Of a DNA stretch of 64,000 bases, positions 46,936 through 57,750 are shown piece by piece. Each line of letters opens with the position of its first letter. Position 1 is the first letter of the stretch. The notes beneath the pieces were generated by a model. It saw only the letters and a list, made by a program, of their open reading frames with translations, made no database searches and was not told where the DNA came from. Both the position numbers and the translations under genes were made by a program. The stretch spans positions 670,224 through 734,223 of the forward strand of contig JAXMGN010000002.1 in the NCBI GenBank assembly GCA_046347205.1. Reading direction: 5' to 3'. Source of the stretch: Pseudomonadales bacterium. GTDB lineage: Bacteria; Pseudomonadota; Gammaproteobacteria; Pseudomonadales; UBA7239.

Positions 46936-48142
46936 AACGCAAAGCTTCTGCTGGATGAATGGTAGAGGCGCGCCAAGCTGGATAAAACACAGCCAGCAAA
47001 CACAATACTGATGCCAAGATAACCACCATCATGGTTTGACCAAAATACCATTGACTCGGCAAATAAATAGATATTTGCGTTAAACGCTCGATCGCAGAAA
47101 CCATGTTTTCTATATACAGCGCCAAAATACTGCCCAATAGAGCACCAACACCAATACCGATCACACCCATGCTCATACCATAAATCAGGAAAATGGATAG
47201 CACAGTTGCGCGCGGCGCACCGATGGTACGCAGCACCGCAATGTCTTTGCGGCGATCCGCCACAGCCATCGTCAATATAGACACTAAATTAAATACCGCC
47301 ACCACCACAATGACAGACAGCATCAATGTCACCATGATTTTTTCCATGTGTATCGCATTAAACAGCGTACCGTTTTCTTCACGCCAACTTTTCATCGTAA
47401 AACCAGACAAAGCAGGAATTTTTCGCAGCTTTTCTAATTTTTCCGGCGCATGCATCACATCATCAAAACGCAAACGCAGCGCATCTATCTTGTCACCTCG
47501 ACGCAACAAACGCCCTGCATCATCTAAATGCACATACAGTTGCGTAGCATCCAGTTGCGCACCGACAGAAAAAATACCAACAACAGTAAAGCGGCGACTG
47601 CGCGGAAATAAACCCAAGGGTGTGACACTCACTTGCGGCAGCATGATATTGATGCTGTCGCCCACATTGACACGCAACTGATGCGCCAATGTGCGCCCCA
47701 ACACCACATTAAATGACCCCGCTTGCAGTGCAGACCACGAACCATCCACCATCGACTGCGCAATTTGCGAAACACTTTCTTCTAATTGTGGATCCACACC
47801 AAACAAATCACCGCCATGAATACGCGCATCCGATTCCAACAACACGCGCGCACGATCTTGCGGCGCGCTCGCCAACACAATACCCGTCTGTTGCAGCATC
47901 GACTGTAACGCAGGCCAATCAGCGATACCTTGTGGTATCGATAGTTGTGCATGGGGTACGGCGCGCAAAATACGATTGCGCACCTCGCCAGCAAAACCAT
48001 TCATGATGGACATAACTAGCACCATAGCCAGCACACTCACCGCCATGCCCGCCACAGAAAAAACCGAAAACAGCGAGACAAAACGGCTCCCCTTGCGCGC
48101 CGACAAGTACCGCAATCCCACCAACCAAGAAAGTGCATTCAC
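46928..48142 (-). CDS. lolC: lipoprotein-releasing ABC transporter permease LolC
   Basis: LolC/E family N-terminus LVGLRYLSARKGSRFVS. First gene of the lolCDE operon. Confidence 0.85.
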   Translation of the reverse strand: MNALSWLVGLRYLSARKGSRFVSLFSVFSVAGMAVSVLAMVLVMSIMNGFAGEVRNRILRAVPHAQLSIPQGIADWPALQSMLQQTGIVLASAPQDRARVLLESDARIHGGDLFGVDPQLEESVSQIAQSMVDGSWSALQAGSFNVVLGRTLAHQLRVNVGDSINIMLPQVSVTPLGLFPRSRRFTVVGIFSVGAQLDATQLYVHLDDAGRLLRRGDKIDALRLRFDDVMHAPEKLEKLRKIPALSGFTMKSWREENGTLFNAIHMEKIMVTLMLSVIVVVAVFNLVSILTMAVADRRKDIAVLRTIGAPRATVLSIFLIYGMSMGVIGIGVGALLGSILALYIENMVSAIERLTQISIYLPSQWYFGQTMMVVILASVLCLLAVFYPAWRASTIHPAEALRYE

Positions 48143-48244
48143 TGCAATCAGCGTCCTGTAAAAAGCCGCATTCTAACGCAGCCCCAAACCTGCCGCTGCC
48201 TATGCAAGAGGCTACAATGGAGCCGAACCGCCGGAGACGACGCC

Positions 48245-48688
48245 ATGAGAGACATTCAAACCTACGAAGACATGCTGCATATCGTCACTGCGTTCTATGA
48301 AAAATTAATGGTTGATCCCATTATTGGTTTTTTCTTTACCGATGTCGCTCGAATCGACTTGCCGGAACATCTGCCCAAAGTGGCTCACTTCTGGGCATTT
48401 CAAGTTCTAGGAGAAAAAGGCTATCGCGCCGATGTTTTTAATGTGCACCTGCAATTGCACAATCAATCTGCCATGACGGAAGATCACTTTCATCGCTGGG
48501 TGTTTTTTCTCGTCAACACTATCGATCGTTTATACGCAGGCCCCAATGCGGAGCTGATGAAGTGGAAAGCCGAGGCCATTGCCAAAAAAATGTCTTACGC
48601 ACTAAATATTCGCGGCGACGAACAGCCAGATATTTTGGGCGTGCAGGAAGTGCCGCCTGCGCAACACTACGCCCCGTATCAATCGTAA
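48245..48688 (+). CDS. group III truncated hemoglobin
   Basis: 147 aa. The pattern VTAFYEKLMVDPIIGFFF ... HLPKVAHFWAFQVLGEKGY ... HFHRWVFF fits trHb group III globins. Confidence 0.7.
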   Translation: MRDIQTYEDMLHIVTAFYEKLMVDPIIGFFFTDVARIDLPEHLPKVAHFWAFQVLGEKGYRADVFNVHLQLHNQSAMTEDHFHRWVFFLVNTIDRLYAGPNAELMKWKAEAIAKKMSYALNIRGDEQPDILGVQEVPPAQHYAPYQS

Positions 48689-48691
48689 CTT

Positions 48692-50812
48692 TTAATTGAG
48701 CACGCGCTGATAAGGCGGCAAGCTGTCCAGCAACATTTTTCCATAGCGTTTTGTCAGCAAACGGCGATCAAGAATACTGATGCGTCCCGTGTCACTCTCT
48801 GTACGCAACAAACGTCCAGAGGCTTGCACCAAGCGCAAACTGGCATCCGCCACTTGAATTTGCATAAAAGCATTGCCACCCTGTGCATCCACCCAATCCG
48901 ATAAAGTTTTTCCCACAGGATCATCCGGTGGCGCAAAAGGAATTTTTGCAATCACCACGTGGCGCAAATAATCACCTGGCAGATCCACACCTTCAGCAAA
49001 ACTCGCTAAGCCAAAAATAATACTGGGTTGTTTTTGGTCGATACGCATGCGGTGCAACTGCAACAACTGCTGCTTGCTGTAATCATCTTGCAACAAAACT
49101 GCCGCACGCACGTCGGAGGAAACGGTTTGATACACCTCGAGCATCTGCCGCCGCGATGCAAACAACACCAGCGTCGCCTCTTGCAAACTGACTTCGTTGT
49201 GCATGAAATCCACGACAGACTGCGTATGCTGTTCCACTAAATTACTTTCTACCGCTGTAACGGGCACAACGAGCTGCGCACACTGCGCGTAATGGAAAGG
49301 ACTGGGGACAACTGTACACACACTACCAGACGGCATACCGGTGCGCTGACGCAAGCGATCAAACTTGCCCAACGCCGTTAACGTCGCCGATGTAATTACC
49401 GCGGCAAAACAGCGCTCCCATAAGTTTTTTTGCAACAGTTCAGTGGGCAACACGGGGCTGGCACACACTTCAATATCAAAGCCATTTTGCAACTCGTGTA
49501 ACGTCAACCAACGCGCCGTGGGTGACACGCCGCGCTCATCTTCATGCGCATAGCGATACCACAACGCGGCAGCGTGCGGGCAACGCTGAGGCAAACCACT
49601 AACAGCCGCATGCGATTGCTCCACCACTTCACGCACCACATCTTGAGAGCGACTGTCCAGCAAAGCCTCTACCGTATCGGCCACTTTTTGCAACACCGCA
49701 CCCGCTTTTTGCCACTGCTCAGATAAATGGCTCGCCATTTCGCGCAGCGCCTGCGGCACAACACCCTGCGGAAATAAATAATTTTTCTCGCGCTCCTCTG
49801 CGCGGCTTGCCAAGCACTGCTCTAACAGAGGCGCAACCTGTTGATGTGCTTGCAACAGTTTTTTTTCTATATCGGACCAACGATTCAACGCAGACTGCAC
49901 GGCGTGAACACCGTGCAATGTTTTTGCCAATACAGACAATGTTTTTGTCGTTGATTGTAGCCAGCGCACACTGCTCTGAATGCGTGTGTTGACTGCAAAA
50001 TGTTGCAAGGCTTTATCCGGTAGATGATGCCCTTCATCAAACACAAAAATTGCCTGCTCCGGCGCTGGTAAAATCACACCACCACCCAACGCGAGATCCG
50101 CCAACACCAAATCGTGATTGGCGACGATGACATCGGCATCCACCAAATTTTCACGTGCGCGAAAAAACGGGCACTGCGTTACATAAGCACAGCGCCTGCC
50201 CGTGCATTGACTGTGATCTGTGGTTAAACGCTGCCACGCCTCATCATCCACGGCTTGCGACCAGTTGTCGCGATCACCATCCCAAGTGGACTCACTCAGC
50301 GCTTCCAACATGGTTTGAAATACGCGCAGTGTTTGATCGGGCAGCAGTGCATCGCGCTCATCGGGGTACAGCGCCTGTGTGCCAGGTGTGCTGCCGTGTG
50401 CGAGCAAATAATCCAATTTATATAAACAGGCGTAACGTCCGCGCCCCTTTGCCAATACCGCGTTAAAAACCAGCCCGCTGTGCTGGCGCAAATCCGGCAG
50501 ATCTTTCAGCATGATCTGCTCTTGCAGCGCCACAGTCGCCGTAGAAATCACCAACTTTTTGTCTTGCGCTTGCGCCGTAGGAATAGCAGCCAAGGCGTAG
50601 GCCACTGTTTTGCCCGTGCCTGTGCCGGCTTCTACCACGCACACATGCTCCTCACCCAAACGCGCGCCATCTTCATCCGTCAAAATATTGCCCAAAGTGC
50701 GCGCTACCACCGCGATCATCAGTTTTTGACCTTGGCGCGGATTTAGGCGTTTCTGCTCCAGAAAACGCGAATACGCTGTCTGAATGGTTTGTTGCGTATT
50801 GCGATCGAGCAC
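48692..50812 (-). CDS. dinG: ATP-dependent DNA helicase DinG
   Basis: Walker A EAGTGTGKT, DEAH-box variant FDEGHH, and the Fe-S cluster cysteines CLYK ... CTGRRCAYVTQCPF. Confidence 0.9.
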   Translation of the reverse strand: MLDRNTQQTIQTAYSRFLEQKRLNPRQGQKLMIAVVARTLGNILTDEDGARLGEEHVCVVEAGTGTGKTVAYALAAIPTAQAQDKKLVISTATVALQEQIMLKDLPDLRQHSGLVFNAVLAKGRGRYACLYKLDYLLAHGSTPGTQALYPDERDALLPDQTLRVFQTMLEALSESTWDGDRDNWSQAVDDEAWQRLTTDHSQCTGRRCAYVTQCPFFRARENLVDADVIVANHDLVLADLALGGGVILPAPEQAIFVFDEGHHLPDKALQHFAVNTRIQSSVRWLQSTTKTLSVLAKTLHGVHAVQSALNRWSDIEKKLLQAHQQVAPLLEQCLASRAEEREKNYLFPQGVVPQALREMASHLSEQWQKAGAVLQKVADTVEALLDSRSQDVVREVVEQSHAAVSGLPQRCPHAAALWYRYAHEDERGVSPTARWLTLHELQNGFDIEVCASPVLPTELLQKNLWERCFAAVITSATLTALGKFDRLRQRTGMPSGSVCTVVPSPFHYAQCAQLVVPVTAVESNLVEQHTQSVVDFMHNEVSLQEATLVLFASRRQMLEVYQTVSSDVRAAVLLQDDYSKQQLLQLHRMRIDQKQPSIIFGLASFAEGVDLPGDYLRHVVIAKIPFAPPDDPVGKTLSDWVDAQGGNAFMQIQVADASLRLVQASGRLLRTESDTGRISILDRRLLTKRYGKMLLDSLPPYQRVLN

Positions 50813-50960
50813 AAGAATTCCGCTGTGAAAGTTAAGCCTAGCAAGGCTCGCATGATAGCAAAATTGCCCTCCAAGACCGCGAAATACGGCTGCTGGACTC
50901 CTTGGCTGTCGCTACAATGGCAAGCTGACTATTCGCACGTTCACGAGGCAACCCTCCGTC

Positions 50961-53036
50961 ATGCTAGGCAAACTCTTTGGCTTCAACAAAAAACAACCCA
51001 CGACCGCACCAACCGTGCCTACACCAACGCCCACGCCTGTGGAAAAAAAACACAACAAACCCACACTGCAAACACTGGCCAGTGTGCAATCGGTGGATGA
51101 CATCCATGACATCCAGCAGCTACAGCAATTACTCAAACAAAGTGCTGCGTTAGACAAAAAAACCAATCAACTGCTGCGCGACCGTTTGCACAGCCTCAAA
51201 GCGACTGAACAGCAACGACAGCAACACCATGAGGCACAAGAAAAACTGTGCCAAAAATTGGAAACGCTTGCCAAATTGCAATATCACCCATTATTCGACA
51301 ACGAGCTCTCACACTTAACGCAACAGTGGCAAGCAATCGTCACACCCGATGCAACCCTCGCCACACGCGTAGAAACCGCCATCGCACGCTGCCTACAGAT
51401 ACAAACAACTGTCCAACAACAGCAGGCCGATTTAGAAGCCGCCGCACAACAAGCGGCTGCAAAACAGGCACAACGCCAAGCAGAGCTCGCCCAACAACGC
51501 GCTGATGCAGAAGCGCAACAAGCTCTAGCACTGGAACAACAAAAACAGGCGCAAGCTGAGCAACAAGCCCACTACACCGCGCAAAAAAAACAACACCAAC
51601 GCCAAAAAAATCTGTCGCAACAACACGAACGGCAGGATTGGCAGGCCTTTGCCACCCTACCGAAATTAGAAGAACTGTGCGTGGCGATGGAAAAACTCTG
51701 TGCCAGCACGCTGCAACCGCTAGAAACCGCCGAAGCTGTGCGCGATTTACAAACACAATGGCGCGCCATGAAACCGCCGCACACCTCCGAAGCGCAAACC
51801 CTGTGGGAGCGTTTCAAACAAGCCAGCGACACCGCGTGGGAACCGTGTGCGGCGCACTATGAAAAAGAACGTGAACGTCGCACTTTTAATTTGCAGCAAC
51901 GACAAATCATTTGCGAAGCACTAGAACAATTTTTTCAAACACAAGATTGGAACAGTGCAGATTGGAAAGCCGTCTCGCGCATTCTGGAAAAATCTCGTAC
52001 CGAATTTTATAACTTTCATCCCATCGAGCGCCATGAAGAAAAAACCATGCGCAGTCGCTTTGATGCCGCCTTTTCAGCCATCAATCAGAAACTACTCGAG
52101 ATACAAACCACCAACGAAGCGCGCAAACAGCAACTGGTAAACACTGCCAATAGTGTTGCCGAAATGGTTGATACTGAAAAGGCCATAGAACGCTTCCTGC
52201 AACTGCAAGAGCAATGGAAACAGATCGGCATTACACGCCACCACGAGGACAGAAAGTTATGGCAAGCTCTGCAAGACGCAGGAAAACGTATTTTTGATAA
52301 ACGGCGCACCGCTCAACAGCAACAACGCCAGACACAAGACGAGCAGATAACGCAAGCCAAAGCGGTTTGTGAACGCATTGCACAACTGGCAGCACTCAGC
52401 GATGACGAGCTATCCCAAAGTGCGGCTACATTCGAGCAGCTGCAAAACGAATACAAAGCCATCAGAGATATTCCAGAAAAACTGCAAACACCCCTGAAAA
52501 AACAATTTTTAGCGGCTTGTGATGCCTACCATCAACAACTGCGCGGCATTGCCACACGTCAACATCAAAAACAATTAGTGGAATTGGCACGCCGCGCACA
52601 GCTGTGCGCACAACTAGAGAGCCAGCTCGACGCGGAAACGGCTGCACTATTGGAAACCACATGGCAGCAACACACCCTACCTGCAGAATGGGAAAAAGCC
52701 ATCGAGCGCAGAAAACAACAAGCTCTCGCCGCTATCTCTCAACAAATACCGCTAGATATTGCTGCCAACACACAGCAGCGGCGCGAATTGTGCATTGCAT
52801 TGGAAATTCTTCTCGACATAGACACGCCCGAAGAAGATCGCCCACAGCGCCGAGCCATGCAGCTTCAAAAATTACAGCAGGGGTTAGGGCAATCCGCCGC
52901 CAGCAATCAACACAGCACACTGGAACAACTGCTGGTGGATTGGCACTGCACGGGCTTAGCTGCTGCCACCGAGCATGCAACACTCACAGCGCGTTTTGAT
53001 GCTGCCCTGCTAAAAGCAAACACTGCGCGGCGGTAA
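50961..53036 (+). CDS. DUF349 domain-containing protein (Gln/Ala-rich helical repeats)
   Basis: 691 aa with repeated W-x-x-F-K / WKQIG helical modules (LWERFKQA, QEQWKQIG), typical of DUF349. Confidence 0.7.
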   Translation: MLGKLFGFNKKQPTTAPTVPTPTPTPVEKKHNKPTLQTLASVQSVDDIHDIQQLQQLLKQSAALDKKTNQLLRDRLHSLKATEQQRQQHHEAQEKLCQKLETLAKLQYHPLFDNELSHLTQQWQAIVTPDATLATRVETAIARCLQIQTTVQQQQADLEAAAQQAAAKQAQRQAELAQQRADAEAQQALALEQQKQAQAEQQAHYTAQKKQHQRQKNLSQQHERQDWQAFATLPKLEELCVAMEKLCASTLQPLETAEAVRDLQTQWRAMKPPHTSEAQTLWERFKQASDTAWEPCAAHYEKERERRTFNLQQRQIICEALEQFFQTQDWNSADWKAVSRILEKSRTEFYNFHPIERHEEKTMRSRFDAAFSAINQKLLEIQTTNEARKQQLVNTANSVAEMVDTEKAIERFLQLQEQWKQIGITRHHEDRKLWQALQDAGKRIFDKRRTAQQQQRQTQDEQITQAKAVCERIAQLAALSDDELSQSAATFEQLQNEYKAIRDIPEKLQTPLKKQFLAACDAYHQQLRGIATRQHQKQLVELARRAQLCAQLESQLDAETAALLETTWQQHTLPAEWEKAIERRKQQALAAISQQIPLDIAANTQQRRELCIALEILLDIDTPEEDRPQRRAMQLQKLQQGLGQSAASNQHSTLEQLLVDWHCTGLAAATEHATLTARFDAALLKANTARR

Positions 53037-53102
53037 TACGCCGCTAACGGCAAACTGCTATGCTTTACCACACGTTTTCACCTCGCTTATAACGGTTCGT
53101 GA

Positions 53103-55673
53103 ATGATCATCAGCCAAAAAACCATCATTAATCTCGCCATCGTCACCGGCATTGCCGCCGTCGTCATTGCAACATGGGCTTTTTTCAATCGCCCCATGAC
53201 AGCACCAGACTGGCCTGCCTCGATTTCCGGCTATGCCTATTCACCGTTTCAAAACGGGCAAGATCCCACCAAAGATATATATCCCAGCGATAACGAAATT
53301 CGCTCTGATCTCGCCCTACTATCACAACAAACGCACAATATTCGTACTTACTCAGTCAAAGGGACACAAGCCAACATCCCGCGTTTAGCACAGGAATTTG
53401 GCATGAGCGTGGTACAAGGTATTTGGATTAGCAACATTGAAGCAGACAATGATGCAGAAATTGCACGCGCTATCGGTGTCATCAACAACAATCGCAACAT
53501 CACCATGGTGGTGGTGGGCAACGAGAGCATGTATCGCCGCGAAGTGGATTTACCGCGCCTGATTGATTACATCGAACAAGTGCGCAGCAAAGTCAAAGTT
53601 CCTGTTACTACCGCAGAAACTTGGGATATTTGGCTGAAATACCCAGAGCTGGCACAGCACGTTGATGTCGTCACAGCACACATCTTGCCTTTCTGGGAAA
53701 AAATACCCGCCAGTGCATCTGTTCCATTCGTTCTCGAAAAAGCCCAAGAAGTGAAAACTGTTTTTTCACAAAAACCGCTGCTGCTTGGCGAGGTGGGCTG
53801 GCCGTCGTTCGGTCGCAGTCGTGGCGCCGCCGAAGCCAATCAAGTGGATCAAGCAATTTATTTGCGCAACTTATTAAACGCACTCAATACTGCCGGCTAT
53901 AACTATTTTGTTATTGAAGCTTTTGATCAATTATGGAAATCAGGCGCAGAAGGCGACGTAGGAAAATACTGGGGTGTTTACAACGTCAATCGCCAACCTA
54001 AGTTCCCGTTTACTGGCAGCGTAATCAAAATTCCACAATGGCGTTTACTGGCCGTAGTATCTGTCATTATGGCTATTTTGACGCTTGCATTGTTGCTCAT
54101 TGACAGCTCTGGACTTAAACAACGCGGCAGAGCATTTTTGGCATTTATTGCTTTCTTATTTGCCTCATTCTTGGTCATTGTTACCTACGATTATTCACAG
54201 CAATACATGACATGGCTAAATGTCATTCTTGGTATTTTCTTAGTCATTGCCGCTATCGGTGTTTTCGTGGTGATGTTTACTGAAGCACACGAATTGGCAG
54301 AAACCGTATGGGCACAACGGCGCAGGCCGTTTATCGGCGTTGCCAGTGATGACGCCTATCGCCCCAAAGTGTGCATCCAAGTGCCGTGTTACAACGAACC
54401 ACCAGACATGGTAAAAGAAACGCTCGATGCATTAGCTGCACTCGATTATCCTGACTTTGAAGTGATGATCATCGACAACAACACCAAAGACGAAAATGTG
54501 TGGCGACCTGTTGAAGAATATTGCAAAACACTGGGTCCGCGTTTCCGCTTTTTCCATGTTGCACCACTGGAAGGTTTCAAAGGCGGCGCATTGAACTGGG
54601 CGCTGGAACGCACCTCGCCGGACGCAGAAATTATTGCTGTCATCGACAGCGATTACTGCGTAGACCCGAACTGGCTCAAACATTTGGTGCCACATTTTGC
54701 CGATCCTAAAATTGCGATTGTGCAAGCACCGCAAGATTATCGCGACGGCGATTGGTCACTGTTCAAAAAATTGTGCTATGCAGAGTACAAAGGGTTTTTC
54801 CATATCGGCATGGTCACGCGCAATGATCGCAACGCGATCATTCAACACGGCACCATGACGATGATACGCCGCGAAGTGATGGATCGTTTGGGCTGGGCGG
54901 AGTGGACAATCACTGAAGATGCAGAACTCGGTTTGCGCGCGTTTGAAGAAGGTTTATCGGCCGCTTACGTCAGCAACTCTTACGGCAAAGGCGTAATGCC
55001 CGATCGCTTTATCGACTATAAAAAACAACGCTTCCGTTGGGCCTACGGTGCGATGCAAATTATGAAAGGCCACTTCAACAGTTTGTTCAAAGGGCGCAAC
55101 ACCAAACTGACACGCGGCCAACGCTATCACTTCATCGCCGGCTGGATGCCGTGGGTAGCCGATGGCATGAACTTATTTTTTACCGGCGGCGCTCTGCTGT
55201 GGACATCCGCCATGCTGCTGGCACCCACCAAAGTTTTACCGCCCGCGTTAGTGTTTGCACTGCCACCACTGATTTTATTTTTCTTCAAACTGGGAAAGAT
55301 TTTGTACATCTACAAAAGCCATATGAAAGTACCGTTGAGCACTTCTATCGGCGCAGCCATTGCAGGTTTAGCACTGTCACACACCATCGCCAAGTCTATC
55401 ATTTACGGCATCTTCACTAAAACCATTCCATTTTTTCGCACACCCAAAATGCGCGACCAAGGTGGTTTTATGCTGGCATTAGCGGAGTGCCGTGAAGAAT
55501 TATTTTTCTTGGTGTTGTTGTGGGGTGCTGCCGCAGCCATGTTAATTACCCACGACATGGAAACTGGCGACGCATGGGCATGGTTCTTCATGTTGCTGAT
55601 GCAATCACTCGCCTATCTCGCAGCGGTTTTTATGGCCTTTCTTTCTGTTTTGCCTCAAAAGCAACCCGAATGA
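53103..55673 (+). CDS. ndvB: NdvB-like bifunctional GH17 glucanosyltransferase / GT2 beta-(1,3)-glucan synthase
   Basis: An N-terminal TM helix is followed by GH17 motifs VVVGNESMY and LLGEVGWPS. The central GT2 domain has IIDNNT, VIDSDY and the QRFRW motif. There are multiple C-terminal TM helices. The size and architecture match what I recall for P. aeruginosa NdvB. Confidence 0.8.
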   Translation: MIISQKTIINLAIVTGIAAVVIATWAFFNRPMTAPDWPASISGYAYSPFQNGQDPTKDIYPSDNEIRSDLALLSQQTHNIRTYSVKGTQANIPRLAQEFGMSVVQGIWISNIEADNDAEIARAIGVINNNRNITMVVVGNESMYRREVDLPRLIDYIEQVRSKVKVPVTTAETWDIWLKYPELAQHVDVVTAHILPFWEKIPASASVPFVLEKAQEVKTVFSQKPLLLGEVGWPSFGRSRGAAEANQVDQAIYLRNLLNALNTAGYNYFVIEAFDQLWKSGAEGDVGKYWGVYNVNRQPKFPFTGSVIKIPQWRLLAVVSVIMAILTLALLLIDSSGLKQRGRAFLAFIAFLFASFLVIVTYDYSQQYMTWLNVILGIFLVIAAIGVFVVMFTEAHELAETVWAQRRRPFIGVASDDAYRPKVCIQVPCYNEPPDMVKETLDALAALDYPDFEVMIIDNNTKDENVWRPVEEYCKTLGPRFRFFHVAPLEGFKGGALNWALERTSPDAEIIAVIDSDYCVDPNWLKHLVPHFADPKIAIVQAPQDYRDGDWSLFKKLCYAEYKGFFHIGMVTRNDRNAIIQHGTMTMIRREVMDRLGWAEWTITEDAELGLRAFEEGLSAAYVSNSYGKGVMPDRFIDYKKQRFRWAYGAMQIMKGHFNSLFKGRNTKLTRGQRYHFIAGWMPWVADGMNLFFTGGALLWTSAMLLAPTKVLPPALVFALPPLILFFFKLGKILYIYKSHMKVPLSTSIGAAIAGLALSHTIAKSIIYGIFTKTIPFFRTPKMRDQGGFMLALAECREELFFLVLLWGAAAAMLITHDMETGDAWAWFFMLLMQSLAYLAAVFMAFLSVLPQKQPE

Positions 55674-55674
55674 T

Positions 55675-56418
55675 ATGTGCCTAATTTTGTTCGCTTGGCA
55701 ATGCCATCCCCAATACAAACTGGTGGTGGCTGCCAACCGCGACGAATTCTATGCGCGCCCTTCCGCTCCAGCGCATTTTTGGCAAGATACACCGCAAATT
55801 CTCGCTGGCCGCGACCTGGAACAAGGCGGCACTTGGTTAGGCGTGACACGCAGCAAACGCTTTGCCGCCATCACCAATGTGCGCGATCCATCAGCAAAGC
55901 AAGGCACGCTATCACGCGGCTATTTAGTGCGCGATTTTCTTGCTAGCAAACAATCGCCCACCAACTTTATTGCGCAACTGCAAAATCATCTCACCGACTA
56001 CAGCCCTTTTAATCTTTTATTGAGCGATGGCCATACGCTGCACTACTGCAACAGCAGTGGAGAAATGCTCTCATTGCAGCCTGGCGTTTACGGCTTATCC
56101 AATGCCGCTCTCGACACACCTTGGCCCAAAGTAGAAAGTGGCAAACAAGCACTGTCCGACAACTTGTCAGACGTACAGCATGAATCCCTGTTTTGTTTAT
56201 TGTCTGATCGCACACAAGCCAGTGAAGAGCAACTCCCTACCACCGGCATTCCACAGTGGTTGGAGCAAAAACTCTCCGCTAGTTTTATACACTTCGACAG
56301 CTACGGCACACGCTGCTCAACCTTGATGCTGCAAGCACACAACGACAACATGGATTTTCTTGAACGGCAATTTAGTGACGATGGAAGCCCTATAGCCACA
56401 CGCCAATTTCAATTATAA
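55675..56418 (+). CDS. NRDE family protein (DUF833 / TANGO2-like)
   Basis: N-terminus MCLILFAW... and the eponymous motif VVAANRDEFYARP. Confidence 0.85.
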   Translation: MCLILFAWQCHPQYKLVVAANRDEFYARPSAPAHFWQDTPQILAGRDLEQGGTWLGVTRSKRFAAITNVRDPSAKQGTLSRGYLVRDFLASKQSPTNFIAQLQNHLTDYSPFNLLLSDGHTLHYCNSSGEMLSLQPGVYGLSNAALDTPWPKVESGKQALSDNLSDVQHESLFCLLSDRTQASEEQLPTTGIPQWLEQKLSASFIHFDSYGTRCSTLMLQAHNDNMDFLERQFSDDGSPIATRQFQL

Positions 56419-56437
56419 AAAATACAGGAGATGCACC

Positions 56438-57691
56438 ATGCAAAAAACACTGGAAGATTTTTCACGCGCACAACTGGCACAACTGGCGCGCGAATACATG
56501 GTAGCTTCGCAATTTAATAGCCGCACCGGTTACGCCGCACTGCGTATGAATCACGGTGATGCAGCCTACAAAGATATCGCCATTGATAATTGGCTCGCTG
56601 CCAGTCCGATTTACACGCAGCGCATGCAACACGCGATGGGCTTTGCTGGTGGTACGGATGTCGCCACTATTTTCAAAGGTCTGCAATTGGATTGTGGTTT
56701 AACACATCAATATTTTGATGCACATTTTGAAGTGCAAGCAGAAGACAAAGGGCGTTTTTGGCTGGCGAGTTGCGGACCGTTATTGGAAACTGAACCGCGT
56801 GGTGAAGCAGCGGTCAAAATTATGTGTCACGATATTGAAGACCCCACCTTCGATGGCACGGCGATTGCCACCAACCCGCGTGCGCGCATGCGCCCCGTGC
56901 ATCGCCCGCCACGTATTCCTGTCGATCGTACACCGCACTGCGAGTGGAATGTTTTTATCGACCACGATGCAGAGCCCCTGACAGAACCCACGGTGACAGC
57001 CGAACTGCGCAAATCGCTGCTCGCCAATCTCCACATCCAGCGCACTGCAAATCACGAACAAGGCGGCATGGATTTTTACGATGGCGACGTATTTGAGCAA
57101 TTGCGTTTTGAGCAACTATCACACGCCGCGCTGGTGGTGGTGTGCAAAGAAATTGCCGTGCAAAATCACTTACTCATTCTCGGTTTGATGCAGGCCATTG
57201 CACAACAATACGGCGAAGCGGCCGCGCGCACGGTGGCAGAGTTTCAAATGGCTGGCAGCGGCTGGGTGATGAGCGAACGCTTAAAAAAATGGCTAAGTAT
57301 TGAAGGCGGCGGTATCGACAACCTAATCCGCGTACTAGAAGTACACCCTGCGTTTCAGCCTGCGGAATATCACCACTTAGCCATCAAAAAAACTGGCGCC
57401 CATACCGCTGAGTTGCAGATTGCCGACTGCGCGGCGCTGCACGAATCACCCACACAAAATTTAGGTTGGTACAGCTTGTTGCCACTCGCCAAAACAGCGG
57501 GGCTGGAAGGCATTATCAAAGGCATTGATCCGCGCGCCTCACTGACAACTGGCAATGCAACCATGCACTGGCACATTGCGATTGATGAGAATGCTGAGGC
57601 AGCACCAGAACCGCTGCCCGTACAAATCGCCAAGGGCACGGTGCTGTACCAAACACAGCTAGAAAACCATATTCCACTGCTGCAAACATAA
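56438..57691 (+). CDS. hypothetical protein (417 aa, apparent internal duplication)
   Basis: ATG with GGAGA upstream, 19 nt after the NRDE gene. No recognisable family motif. Confidence 0.55.
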   Translation: MQKTLEDFSRAQLAQLAREYMVASQFNSRTGYAALRMNHGDAAYKDIAIDNWLAASPIYTQRMQHAMGFAGGTDVATIFKGLQLDCGLTHQYFDAHFEVQAEDKGRFWLASCGPLLETEPRGEAAVKIMCHDIEDPTFDGTAIATNPRARMRPVHRPPRIPVDRTPHCEWNVFIDHDAEPLTEPTVTAELRKSLLANLHIQRTANHEQGGMDFYDGDVFEQLRFEQLSHAALVVVCKEIAVQNHLLILGLMQAIAQQYGEAAARTVAEFQMAGSGWVMSERLKKWLSIEGGGIDNLIRVLEVHPAFQPAEYHHLAIKKTGAHTAELQIADCAALHESPTQNLGWYSLLPLAKTAGLEGIIKGIDPRASLTTGNATMHWHIAIDENAEAAPEPLPVQIAKGTVLYQTQLENHIPLLQT

Positions 57692-57750
57692 GGCTGCCGC
57701 CACCTGCGACTTCGGCTAGAATCCCCGCTTTCCTTGATTGGGTAGTCGTA

